Below, piece by piece: positions 1-10,798 of a stretch of 64,000 nt of DNA (the first letter of the stretch is position 1; every line of letters starts with the position of its first letter). Under the pieces are notes generated by a model. That model was not told where the DNA came from and did no database searches. It saw only the letters and a list, made by a program, of their open reading frames with translations. Where the stretch lies: NCBI GenBank assembly GCA_009859145.1, contig VRVR01000016.1, positions 311,356 to 375,355 of the forward strand, written 5' to 3'. This DNA comes from Andalucia godoyi And28. Its lineage: Eukaryota > Protista > Jakobida. The translations under genes and the position numbers were made by a program.

Positions 1-315
1 TTTGCAGCAAAGCCAAGCGCGGCTGCACCGAAAGCATCGAAAGAAGGTGGCAAATCATCGGCGGCCGTCGCACCGAAATCCACGATTCCCGGCGGAATCC
101 CAATCAATATATTGAAGACTGGACAGGACCCCGTGTTGAAAGGCGTCGACCAGTATCCGGATTGGCTACAGCCGCTTGGTGCCGGACTTCCGTCACTGCC
201 GGATCTCCTGGCTCAGCCGTTCGACTCTCTGCTGCCCGTAACCCGGAAGAGGCTTTTCAAGCTCCAGAACCGCGACAAGATAAAAAAGGCAAACTCCCTC
301 CTCGCCAAAAAGTAA
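1..315 (+). CDS. MRPL54: Mitochondrial ribosomal protein mL54 (L37 family), 5'-partial
   Basis: Frame is open from base 1: ...GGIPINILKTGQDPVLKGVDQYPDWL...KRLFKLQNRDKIKKANSLLAKK*. This matches the recalled mL54 pattern N-I-x-K-x-G-x-D-P-x-L-K-x3-Y-P-D-W-L and the C-terminal R-x2-I-K-x2-N. Confidence 0.75.
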   Translation, partial: FAAKPSAAAPKASKEGGKSSAAVAPKSTIPGGIPINILKTGQDPVLKGVDQYPDWLQPLGAGLPSLPDLLAQPFDSLLPVTRKRLFKLQNRDKIKKANSLLAKK

Positions 316-581
316 CGGCTACCTCAGACGGGCGCCTCTCCCAGTGCCACCACCACCCCACCTCATTCAAGCATGTATTATTTCTTTGTGTAAAGATCTT
401 TACCGACAAGCAGCCGTTCCCCCCCGGTTCACTGGGAGTCCAATTTCGCCCGCGTTGTGGATGCAAACTTGGCTGTATTTACACTGTGAAGCGATGCATC
501 CGCGAAATGAGGGAAAGAAAGAAAGAAAGAAAAAAAAAAAAAAAGAAAAGAACAATAAGGAATAAACAGTGCCAAGTTGGA

Positions 582-1187
582 TCATTGTGGATGGCTCTGA
601 TGATCAGTATGTGCAAAGTCGATTTGCGCGAGGGGTTTTCGTGTTTGGGCCGAGATGTTCTTGTACATGCGCCTTCTCCACCTGGGGTATTCAGCGAGCC
701 GGGTCTGCAATGCGCGCAAGACGAGGTGTGACGCAGCGGTCGCCGAAGCAGCCGAGGATGTCGAGGTGGCTCGGCCACGGCTAACAAGAGCGCAATAGGA
801 GGCCGGGTGTTCGGACGCATCCACAATCAGCGATTGCGATGACCGTAGCGATTGCGACGAGGGAAATGGAGGTGTCGAGGGCGTGCGGGATGTGTTGGGA
901 GACAAAAGGTATTTGAGATGGCCTCGGATCCCGTACGAAAGCTCCAGAATGCGATGGAACTGGCGCCTGTCGCAGCCGCCAATTGCGCGTCCGAGCCGCC
1001 GGCACTCTTGGCGCGCCGCTCGCATGCACGCGACGATCCGCGGCTGACTCGTGAGATCCGCATGCGCTCGGAACCGCTCTTGCACGCGCAGCGTCAGATA
1101 AAGCTGCGCTTGCGGATCGGGAAAAAGCACAGACAGTCGCAACAACCGCCTGTAGATTCCCAATATCGCAACCCGAGTCGTCGACAT
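582..1187 (-). CDS. LYR-motif (Complex1_LYR) protein with C-terminal extension
   Basis: MSTTRVAILGIYRRLLR...RVQERFR has the (L/I)YR motif and the downstream conserved Phe. Confidence 0.6.
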   Translation of the reverse strand: MSTTRVAILGIYRRLLRLSVLFPDPQAQLYLTLRVQERFRAHADLTSQPRIVACMRAARQECRRLGRAIGGCDRRQFHRILELSYGIRGHLKYLLSPNTSRTPSTPPFPSSQSLRSSQSLIVDASEHPASYCALVSRGRATSTSSAASATAASHLVLRALQTRLAEYPRWRRRMYKNISAQTRKPLAQIDFAHTDHQSHPQ

Positions 1188-1408
1188 TTGTCTACTGCAA
1201 TTTCACACCGTGTTCGTTGTTTTCCTGCGCAGAAACGAAGAGAAACACAGGGCGCCAATCAGAAAGCTGTGTTGTATCTATTCGAAATAACAATAATTAA
1301 AATAAAAAAATAAACACAACAAAGCGAAAAAAAAGAAAGAAATTGAAGAAGAAAAGGAACGGAAAATTGTACTACGGTTGCGATTGCTGTGATTTTTTGC
1401 AGGTTTTC

Positions 1409-1951
1409 TCAGTCGTGTTGATGGAGGACTTGGGCACGGGCACGACGAGCTTCTTCGATGCGGGCATTCACTCGTTGATGCAGCTCGCTTGATGCAGGGC
1501 TTGCCACCGGAACTTGAGTCGCTCTTGGAGGAGGCGAGTCCGGTTGAGGCTCTGCCAATGGTACGTCCGCTGGCGTTCGAAGAAGCTGCTGCTGCCGCCG
1601 TTCGCGGTCGGCACGCCGCGACCGCAGCCTCTCCATGTCCGACCGGGCGGCATCCACCACCGTCCGTGTTTGTCTTGATGCAACAGGACTGCCATCTGTT
1701 GTGGACGGCACGGATGCTGAAGGTGCAGATGCAGGTGCAGATGCAAACGGAGCGGGAGTGAGAGTGGGAGGGGGGGTGGGAGAGGGAGGGGGAGAGGGAG
1801 AGGTGGCGAGGATGTTGCGCGCGGAAAGGATGATCAGCGCCAGCCCAAGAAATTGATGGAACGACGAAAATGACGGAGCGCTTGTAAAAACATAGAAGAG
1901 GCCGATGAACGCAGTGATGATGTGTGATGCAAACGATATGCTGTCTGACAT
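1409..1951 (-). CDS. Hypothetical small membrane protein (two N-terminal hydrophobic helices, Pro-rich tail)
   Basis: ATG-initiated 180-aa ORF with coding-like composition and two hydrophobic segments (IITAFIGLFYVF; FLGLALIILSA). Confidence 0.55.
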   Translation of the reverse strand: MSDSISFASHIITAFIGLFYVFTSAPSFSSFHQFLGLALIILSARNILATSPSPPPSPTPPPTLTPAPFASAPASAPSASVPSTTDGSPVASRQTRTVVDAARSDMERLRSRRADRERRQQQLLRTPADVPLAEPQPDSPPPRATQVPVASPASSELHQRVNARIEEARRARAQVLHQHD

Positions 1952-2406
1952 TTTCTCTCCCTGTCTCTCTCCGGCTCTCTTTTTCAGAATTCAAGAAAAG
2001 TCGTCGCACGGGCAGTCTCTCGCATAAACAGACACACGCACACACTCTCACACACGTGCTTATATGCATTACTGCGCACAGACAGCTGAAAAAAACTGGT
2101 GGACAAACGGTCGACTTAGCATCACGTGATTCTTCTCCATCTGGTTTTCCCGGCAAAACCCAGTCTTGGCGGGGACCGCTTTGCTTCTTCGGTTTTCTCT
2201 ATTTTATTTATTTGTTTATATATATATATATATATATATTGAATTTAAATATTATGCTTAGTATTGCAGGAAGTGAAGTTATTGAGAGGACAAGGAGAGG
2301 AGAGGAGAGAAAAAGAAGGGAAATGCAACCTACGTTCAAGTGTCCCTTTTTCAAGTCGAAAAGTCGGAGCGTGTCTTTGAAAAGCCTTTGTTCCGAAGGA
2401 ATCATA

Positions 2407-3010
2407 ATGGATCCACTGCGAGTATGTCTCGCCTTTGCAAATCTTTCCCTTTTTTAATTACGATTTTTCCACCCTTGTGTATTAATCCTACGATTGCATG
2501 ATTCAACGATTGTTCTTATTCACTCATTCATCCATCCATCTACACGCATGTATGCATTGCATTGCATACTTTAAATACATCCGTGCTTCAAGACGCGAAT
2601 TGTGGATGTCCGACCTGGAGCCGCGCTGACAAAGCTGATTCTTTGTGATTTTAACGATTCTACACAGTGTTTTCGAGTGGAATTGGACCTGATTGGACCT
2701 TGGATGCTTGGCTTAAGCACGTTTCTTTTCAGAACTGCAATGCTTTTCATCTCGAACTGCACATGCGAACGCATTTCTCTGCCACAGCCGCAGTTCGAGC
2801 TTTCTTCTTTTGCACTCAGCGAGTATCGACTTGTAATAAGCTCAAAAACAAGAGATGCGAATGTCGCCATTGAATCAAAAGTCACAAAAGACGAGTTTGT
2901 TTGGTTTCGATTCGAAGGAGACCAATTCACGAAATCAAAAATCAATCCAATTCCCGTCTTGCTGCCTCCTCCTCCTCCAGCTTCTTCTTCTTCTTCTTCT
3001 TCTTCTTCTT

Positions 3011-3048
<38 letters not shown>

Positions 3049-4917
3049 ACCTCTTCGACAGTCTTGGTGAGTACCACTGCTGCTCTGGTAAATCGTGCAG
3101 ACAGTTCAGAATCGCGTTCTGTTGCAGCGGGAAGCGAGGATTCGTGGATGGTTTCCGATGTTGAGTATGAAATGAGCCTCAGCAGGCTTTCGTGCTCCCC
3201 ACTTTCGAAGCTTGTCCGTGGGCAAAGGCGCAGGAACGTGTTCGGTGTTGTGGTGGATTTTCGCGGAGTGGAGCAATCACGAAGCGGTGACTTGTATATT
3301 CAGATCAGGCTCTGCGACCAGCTGTCGCATTCTGCAAGCTTGCCTCCGTTAGTTTTAATGGTGTTCTTCAAGGACCCGGGCGCGGTGGTCCGATTCACGC
3401 CGCCTTTTGCAGGATGCTTGTGCCTCGTGAAGCAAGTCGACATCCAGGACCGAACGCCGCTTCAAGGGTGCGTGTCAGAAGGGTTTCGGCCTATTGAAAT
3501 TGCGTACTTCCACAAGCACGGTGGAGCGAAAATGGCAGCCCCTGCAGATTTGCTGAGTACTGGAAACTGCTCTGATATCCCAGATTCGCTGCTCCCTGCT
3601 GCGAATTCGCTGTGGAGCTTTGCGTGCCGAGTTGCAGGTTCCAAAATCGAGTACGCCAGGACAATGGCTGGAAACACACTGTGGACTCTCGACCGAATTT
3701 CGGCTTGTTCGAGCGTGTTTGCGGATTTTCACTGCTTCATCGCAGATCCGGGGTCCATTGCGTTTCAGGGACAAGCCGATAAACTTTATTTCGAGGTCTC
3801 CGACGATATGCTCTGTGCACATCCTCTTGAGGGGAGGGTTCCTACGGTGCGCGTCTGGGTGTTTGACCAAGGCAGGGAACGGCTGCAGCAGTGGGCAAAG
3901 GTGTTTCGAAAAGGAATGTGGATCCGCTTGCGCAATGTGTCCTTTCATATGGTGTCTGACGGGCGGTATGAACTCAAAATGGCATCGAAAAGTTCCCTCA
4001 TTTTCCTGCCACTGTTTCCCATCGAAACCAGCTGCTTTTCACTGCCGAATCGACTTTTGCAAAATACCGGGAACAGCGATGTACAAAGTCTCGCTTCGAC
4101 CGGTACCACCAGCACCACCAGCACCACCACCACCACCGCCGCCGCCGCCCCGAAACGCAATCCTGCAGGCGTTGAGCATCCTCCGCGACAGCCACAGCCA
4201 GACCCGCGGCTTCATTCACAAGCGCAGCCACCGCAGCTACAACAGCCGCAATATCCCCTGTACGCTGCAGAGTCCGCTGCTTCTTCTGCTTCGCGCCGCA
4301 CGGAGCCAGCGATTGCGAATTCGCAAGCAGTAAACATAACGCTGGCATATCGGCGATTTGTTTCGACGATTGCGTTTCCCGTCTGTGGAAACTTGCCAGT
4401 CGATTCGTTCGAGCGCTTAGCACAGATGGCTGCGCCGGGTTTTGCAACCATTCCCGTCCGATTTCACGCCTTCACAGATGTTCATTCGAGCATCGTGACC
4501 TCTGCGCATGGGCCGTCGTCGTGGAACACCGCGTGCATGCTTCGGGCCACCGATCGCCAAGGTGTGTTCTGCGATCTTCTGCTGGCTGGCAACGATTTCC
4601 ACTTGTTTTTTGAAGAACTGTACAACTGGTACGTGGTTTCGAACGGCGGGGCAAGTTCCATCGCAGACCTGTTTACCAATCTCCGCGAAAATCCTTGCGC
4701 AGCGCTGGTGCTTGTCAAGCAGGAACTGGCTGCCTTTCTGAAGCAGTACAACGTGAATATCCGAGGATCGACGTTGAGGGATGTGTATCAAGCGCTTCTG
4801 CACGCTTGCGTCGTGGCCTCCGAACATCAAGAGTTTATGATTCATGCGGCCGTTGGCACCGAGGACAGCGGAAGTGTGTTTCTGTGGGGAACTCGACTGG
4901 GGCTCGAGCAAGCGTGA
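2407..4917 (+). CDS. POT1: POT1/TEBP-alpha-like multi-OB-fold ssDNA-binding protein; join(2407..2421,2593..4917)
   Basis: OB1-like RNVFGVVVDFRGVEQSRSGDLYIQIRLCD...LMVFF...CLVKQVDIQ and OB2-like VRVWVFD...GMWIRLRNV. A 5-codon first exon (MDPLR) splices in phase 0 through GTATGT...TTCAAG. Confidence 0.6.
2422..2592 (+). other. Spliceosomal intron (171 nt, phase 0)
   Basis: GTATGT donor and AAG acceptor; joins ATG GAT CCA CTG CGA in frame to the 2602 ORF. Confidence 0.7.
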
Positions 4918-5063
4918 CCAGCAGCAACAAGCTGCCCGTCCCCGCGGATTAGTAATCATCATTCAGCAAATAAAACGTAACGTAGCGTATGGCGTATTTG
5001 TTGTTTGTTGTATAAATAATTTCACAGGAGAGCACAGGAGGAGACGAGGGCGCAAGAAAATCG

Positions 5064-8000
5064 TCATTTCATGAGATTCTGCACATCCTGCAGCTGTCGG
5101 TGCGCAGTGTCCAGTTCCTGCCGAAGTGATGCAATGACACGGTCTCGCTTTTCGACCATTCCACGAATCTTTTCCTGCAAAATGTCCATTTCTGCGGCCT
5201 TCTGCTCCTGGAATTCACGAAGCTTTCGCTGATGGACCTCGTCCTTGCGGCGAAGTTCTTCCTCCATGTGCGAAATCCGGGTACGAAACTCCTCTTCTCG
5301 ATTCACCATTTCCTTGTTGGACTCTTCGCGGATTTGCAGAATTCTCGTCTGGAACTGCGACACCTCCTTGCGCAGGTTTTCAATGTCAGAAACCAAGCGA
5401 CTTCGTTCAGAAGCCCAGGTTTCCTGCTCACGGCCAAAGTTGTCCACGCGTCCCTTGTTACGGAACATCTCGTCTTCCATCTCTCCAATTTTGAGCAGCA
5501 ATGACCGGATTCGCTCTGCCTGTTCTTCCTTCTCAGCCACAAACCGCGCGCGCTCCTCTTCCAAATCACGGCGAACACGCTTCACCTTTTCGTCGGCTTC
5601 ACGCATCGCAGCAAGTTTCGCTTTAGCGGCTTCATCTTCCAGCTTTTCAATGACTGCGGAAATTTGCGCGTCACGCTGTGCAGCCACCGATTTTGAATAT
5701 TCTTTCATCTTGATTTCGTTTTCTCGGTCCATCTGCATCGCCCGCGTTTGCTCAAACATTGATTTTTCTTTCGCCAAGGATGCCTCTCGCTCCTCTAGCT
5801 TTTCACGTAGCTGCTTTGCCATCCCAGACTCCGCTTCACGGACCTTTTCCTTGACTTCTCTCTCCCTGGCTTCTTCAATGTCCCGTTTTTCCTTTTCTTT
5901 GCGACTTAGTTCTTCTTCAAGCACTCGTATCCGGGATTCGCTTCGAACACGTTTTTCATCCGCGATGGCATTTACACGCTGCACTTCGCTCGTGGCCTTT
6001 TCTCGCCACTTCTCTTCCGCGTTTCGTTCAACGCGATCCTTCGCTTCCGTAAGCTGTCGCGCAAACTCCTCCTTAAATTCCGCCTCCTTCTTCCCCAACT
6101 GATACTGGTATTCCTCACGGGCGCTTTCCAACTCGGTCTTGTGTTTCGCAAGGATCTTGTGGATTTCCGGTTCGAGACCCTTGACAGTCAGTTCCTTGAT
6201 TTCCTGGGTTTTGCGGGCCATCCACTCTTCCCGCTTTTGTTTTTCGTGTGCATAGAACATGTCCTTTTGCCTTTTGAGCTCGCGCTGATGCTTCTCCGTC
6301 AGCTGATTGATTATATTTTCGCTTCCAGACTTTGCCAATTTCAACTCCTCGAGAACTTCAGCGAGTTGCTTTGCCAACTCTTCCTTTTCGCGAAGCAGAG
6401 AATCGGCAAACTGAACATGATTCTCGGTCTTCGCCATGTAGTCCTTTTGTGCCTGCAGAAACTTGGATTCCCACTCTGCATCTCTTTCCTTGATGAGCGA
6501 ATCCATCTTGTCTTTCTGTCTTTGGATATGCGATTCAAGCGCTGCAATTGTCGACTCTTTCGCTGCGAGCTCCTTGTTCAACACCTCAACCCGCGCCTTG
6601 ACGTTTTCAATCACAGATGTTGGGATCTTTGGGATCTCGGGCTCTGCGGCCGCCGCACCATACTCGTCGTCATCAATCATCTTTTGCATACTGCGACTTC
6701 GAAACGTCCCCGAAGCTGCAGCTGGCTGCGATGATGAAGACGACGACGACGACGACGACGACGACGATGATGATGATGAGGCAGTGGGATTGGAGCGAAG
6801 AGCCATCATGGGTGGAGGTCGCAGCGTCGAAGCGGGCATCGGAGAAGAGACTGTCGGAGCAGCCGCATCAACTTCGTCGAGAAAGCTGAGAAGATTTTTG
6901 AGCCGAGTCGTCGAAGCAGAGACGGCCCCAGCTTCTCCTTCTGTGTGGATGTTTTCGAGGACGTTGGAAACCGGTTTTGCAGACGAAGTCCCCGTTCCCG
7001 ATCTCTGTCCCTGTCCCTGTCCCGCTCCCGATGCAGAAGCCAGTCCTGATCTTGACGACTGTTTCGATGAAGGAAATGGAAGAACGGGCTTGAATGACAT
7101 GACTGCAGCCCACTTCCTGGCCGCAGCCTTGACTCGTGCTCGAAACAACACGTATTTCATGAACCGCGCAATCTTTCTTGCAGCTCTCTTTTCTCTCAGT
7201 CGAGCTTCCTTTTCCCTCGCCTCCCGTTCTTTCTCGTCCTTTTCCTTCTGGACCTTGAGTTGTTCTTCCGCTGCTCGCTCCTCTCGCTTCTTCTGCAACT
7301 CAGCAATTTGCTTTGCTCGTTCTTCGCGCGCTTTCCGTTCTCTTCGAAGCCTCAAAAGCTCTTTTCGCTTCTCCTCGTCATCAAGCTGCGACAGCATTTC
7401 CACGGTCTTTTGAGCCCTCTCCAACTTTTCTCGCTCTCGCTCCCGCTCCTGTTCCTTGTCCTTATCAGGCTCGACAGTCGCATGCAATCGACCAGGATCC
7501 GTTCGCTGCATGAGCGCATACTTGCGCCGATGCGTAGAAAACAGTCGGCGAGCCAATATCCTTCGAAACCAGCGCTGAATGCGAATGACGCAGAGCCGAG
7601 TTCGCAAGTCGGCCAGCTTTCGCGACTGATACACTGGAAAATCAATCGAGTCGAACGGAATCACAGTGCTGGACTTTACAGAATTCGCAGTTGGATTCAC
7701 AGACGACGATGATGACTTTTTCTTGAACAAAACGCCGTTATCGACATCCTCGGAATTGTCATAACTGTCAAAACTTTCATTACCGTCCTCATGCTTCACA
7801 CTGCTGCTGTTGGATGGGGCAGAAGACACCGGTCCTGTAAACAGCAACTGCGTGGAAGATTTATGTGGTGAGTGGACCGAAGTGCCGACCAGAGTCAGAT
7901 CGCTTACGGAGGCTTGCGGAGATGAATACGCCTATCCTCATTCCTCACAAGGATTCCTCAACAAGAAGAACGCACAATTCCAAAAAAAAAAAAATACATA

Positions 8001-8127
8001 ATAAAAATGATGAGCAAAGCGGTCGTAAAAAAAACAAAAATCATAATCCACTCACATAAGGAGTACATACGGAGCGAGGCCGACTGGGCTTCTTTGGAGA
8101 ATGGCTGGCAGTCTGCGGTCGAAACAT
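5064..8127 (-). CDS. CEP131: Centrosomal/centriolar satellite protein CEP131 (AZI1); join(8071..8127,5064..7931)
   Basis: IQ-like motifs, long coiled coil, and the recalled signature REEWMARKTQEIKELTVKGLEPEIHKILAKHK. A 19-codon first exon splices in phase 0. Confidence 0.85.
7932..8070 (-). other. Spliceosomal intron (139 nt, phase 0)
   Basis: GTATGT donor at 8070 and TAG acceptor at 7932; the frame is preserved. Confidence 0.7.
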
Positions 8128-8661
8128 GCTGCGTCTAATTTCTATTCTTCCTCTTACTCGAAATCCAAAAGGGAAAGAAGAAGAAGAAAGAAAAAAAGAG
8201 AAACACCGTAAAACCTAAACACCTGTCCGTTAACGAAACCAAAGAAAGGTGTTGTACTACAGCTGGCAGCTACCGTTGTCTTTTGCAGATTGCATGCAGA
8301 GCGCGACGGATCACCTAGTCCCGTTTTGTTTCCCCTTTTAGCGTGAAAGTGTCTTGTTCTGATGATGCTTATCCTTTATGTATGAATCGTGGCTCATGTT
8401 TTTGAGAGCCTAGAAAAACATAATATATACCGATATACATTGCGTAGAGCTGTTAAAAATGGAAACGTTGATGGACGATGACAGCGCAAACGACCGCAAC
8501 CTTGCTGTCGCCATCTGTCAACCGCATTCTTTGTGTTGTGCTGAGTGCTTCATGGAGTGCTTCACTGCCGCATAAGAAGAAGCCATGGTTTCGTTTCGGC
8601 ACTTGTGCAAGAATGCGTTTTGGTGTGTTGGTTGGTGGGGTTTGGAATACGAAACGGGAAA

Positions 8662-10417
8662 ATGTTGTCGAAGAGACTGGTTCTTCTTGCAGTGTCTATC
8701 GGGATCCTAGTGCGTGTCCTTGTGTCGCAGCATCCTCATTCCGGTACGTACTTCGGCGACCTAATCAGCCTCTTTTTCTCTTCTTCTTCTTCTTCTTCTT
8801 CTTCTTCTTCTTCTTTTGTTTTATGCTTAGGGTTATGCGTGTGCTTATGGTTGTATGTGTGCATGTGCATTTGGGGCGGGGTTGGGATTGGACATAGGAA
8901 AGAGCAAGGGGCCGATGTATGGGGACTTTGAGGCCCAGCGGCACTGGATGGAAGTGACGATGCATGTGCCGGTGGCGCAGTGGTACACATTTGATCTGCC
9001 GTTCTGGGGTCTTGACTATCCTCCAGTACAGGCGTTTCATGCTTGGGTGTGCGGGAAGATGGGGTCTTTGTACAATCCAGCGTGGTTTGCTTTGAATTCT
9101 TCGCGCGGTCTGGAGTCTGCGGATCTCGTGGTGTTTATGAGAGCGACGTCCGTGCTCTCGGATCTCATCTGCTTTTTCCCGCCGGCAATTCTCTTGGTGC
9201 TGTCCTTTCAAAGGTCGTTCTTCCCTCGAAACCAGCTCCGCGGTAGCTCCTCCTCCGTTTTGGAAACAGAGACAATCAATATTTACGTTCTTCTAAAGGT
9301 GCTGATGATGCTTTTGGCTCCCGGCTTGCTTCAGATTGACCATGCTCATTTCCAGTACAACTCTCTCAGTCTGGGCTTTACCCTCTGGGCCGTTTATTTC
9401 TTCGGCAAGCGATGGTTTGGCTTTGCCTCGGTTGCGTACTGCATTGCGCTGAATTCAAAACAGGTCGCATTGTTTTATGCCCCTGCAATCTTCTTTTATG
9501 TCTTGGGCAACATTTCAAAGCAAAAGTCAAGCGGGCTTGCCCTCGGAATGTTCCTCAAAGTCGCATCAGCAGTGACGCTGACGTTTCTAGCTTGCTGGGC
9601 GCCGTTTTATGTGTACGGCGATGGGATTCCGGGTGTGATGCAGGGGATTTCACGGCTGTTTCCAGTCAACCGCGGGCTCTTTGAGGACAAGGTGGCGAAT
9701 TTCTGGTGTTCAATCAGTCTGTTTACGAAAGTGCAGTTGTTGGATCGCGGCCTGATGTTCAAGATTTGCACTGCTTCCACTCTTTGCTCATTTTTGGTGT
9801 CCGTCACGCACTTGTACCGGGCCCCGTCGCTGAAGAATCTGATGTGCTCGATGCTTATTTCGTCCGTGTCATTCTTCTTGTTCTCCTACCAAGTGCACGA
9901 GAAGGGAATCTTGTTTCCACTGGTTCCGCTGATCCTGCTCTCGGATTACTGGTCGACGGTATGGATTCCTGCGACGTACGTCTCTGTTGCGTCGTTTTCC
10001 ATGTTTCCGCTTGCTGTCAAGGATAACCAGATTGCTTTGTACTTTGGTCTTCAGTTTTTGTGGTGGACACTCGTTGTTTGCACTGCCCGGTTCGAAGCCT
10101 TGGTTGCCGTTCGCTCATTCGGGGCTCAGCACGTGGGAGCATTTGAAAAACAGCAGGTCCGAGGGATGCTGCTTGCAATGCTAGCAGGTGCAATGATGAT
10201 CTTCTTCCACGGCATGCACTACTCCTGGAGCCCCCCTGCACAGTACCCGGACTTGGTCACAATGTTCTTTACGGTCTCAAGCTGCATATGGTTCTTTGTC
10301 CTTCTCGCGGATGCGTATGCACTGCAGCTGTGGAATATGTCGGGCGTCGAACTCGCCATCAAAGTCTGGAACGACGTTGCACTGCAATCAAGTCCGCCAA
10401 AGCAAAAGATGTCCTAA
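8662..10417 (+). CDS. ALG6: Dol-P-Glc:Man9GlcNAc2-PP-Dol alpha-1,3-glucosyltransferase; join(8662..8743,8898..10417)
   Basis: PMYGDFEAQRHWME, WGLDYPP, DHAHFQYN, RLFPVNRGLFEDKVANFWC and FSYQVHEKGIL motifs; multi-TM. Splicing restores ...HPHSG-KSKGPMYGD. Confidence 0.93.
8744..8897 (+). other. Spliceosomal intron (154 nt, phase 1)
   Basis: GTACGT donor, (TTC)n tract, TAG acceptor; restores the ALG6 N-terminus. Confidence 0.8.
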
Positions 10418-10798
10418 CGCCAAAACTCCTTTTTTTCCATCGTCGGAATTTCCTAGACTTTAATGCTTTTGTTTCTCCACCCCTGCACACCTGCGCTACA
10501 CCACATCAATACCAGTTGGCTCCAGTTGGTACTGCTGCGGCGTTCTCTATCAATCGATCTCAAGAAAATCAATCGTCCAGGGGAGGAGGCCCCAGCACAG
10601 ACAAGTGCATGCGTATCGTGTTCTTTAAAATAGATATTGCGCGCTCCATCACCGCTGCACATGCTGGACATCGCAACACTTTTAGACCACCCAGTTTGTC
10701 GTGCATTTTCCCTTATGCGGAGATATTGGCCGGTTGGTAAAGACCAAAGATGGAAACTACGTACCATCCTTCAGAGAACAGTACATTATGCGGTCGAT

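Noticed and set aside
5245-7413. Long plus-strand ORFs (285 and 316 aa) antisense to CEP131
   Set aside because: Shadow frames of a coiled-coil, low-complexity gene; S/R/F-rich with no motifs.
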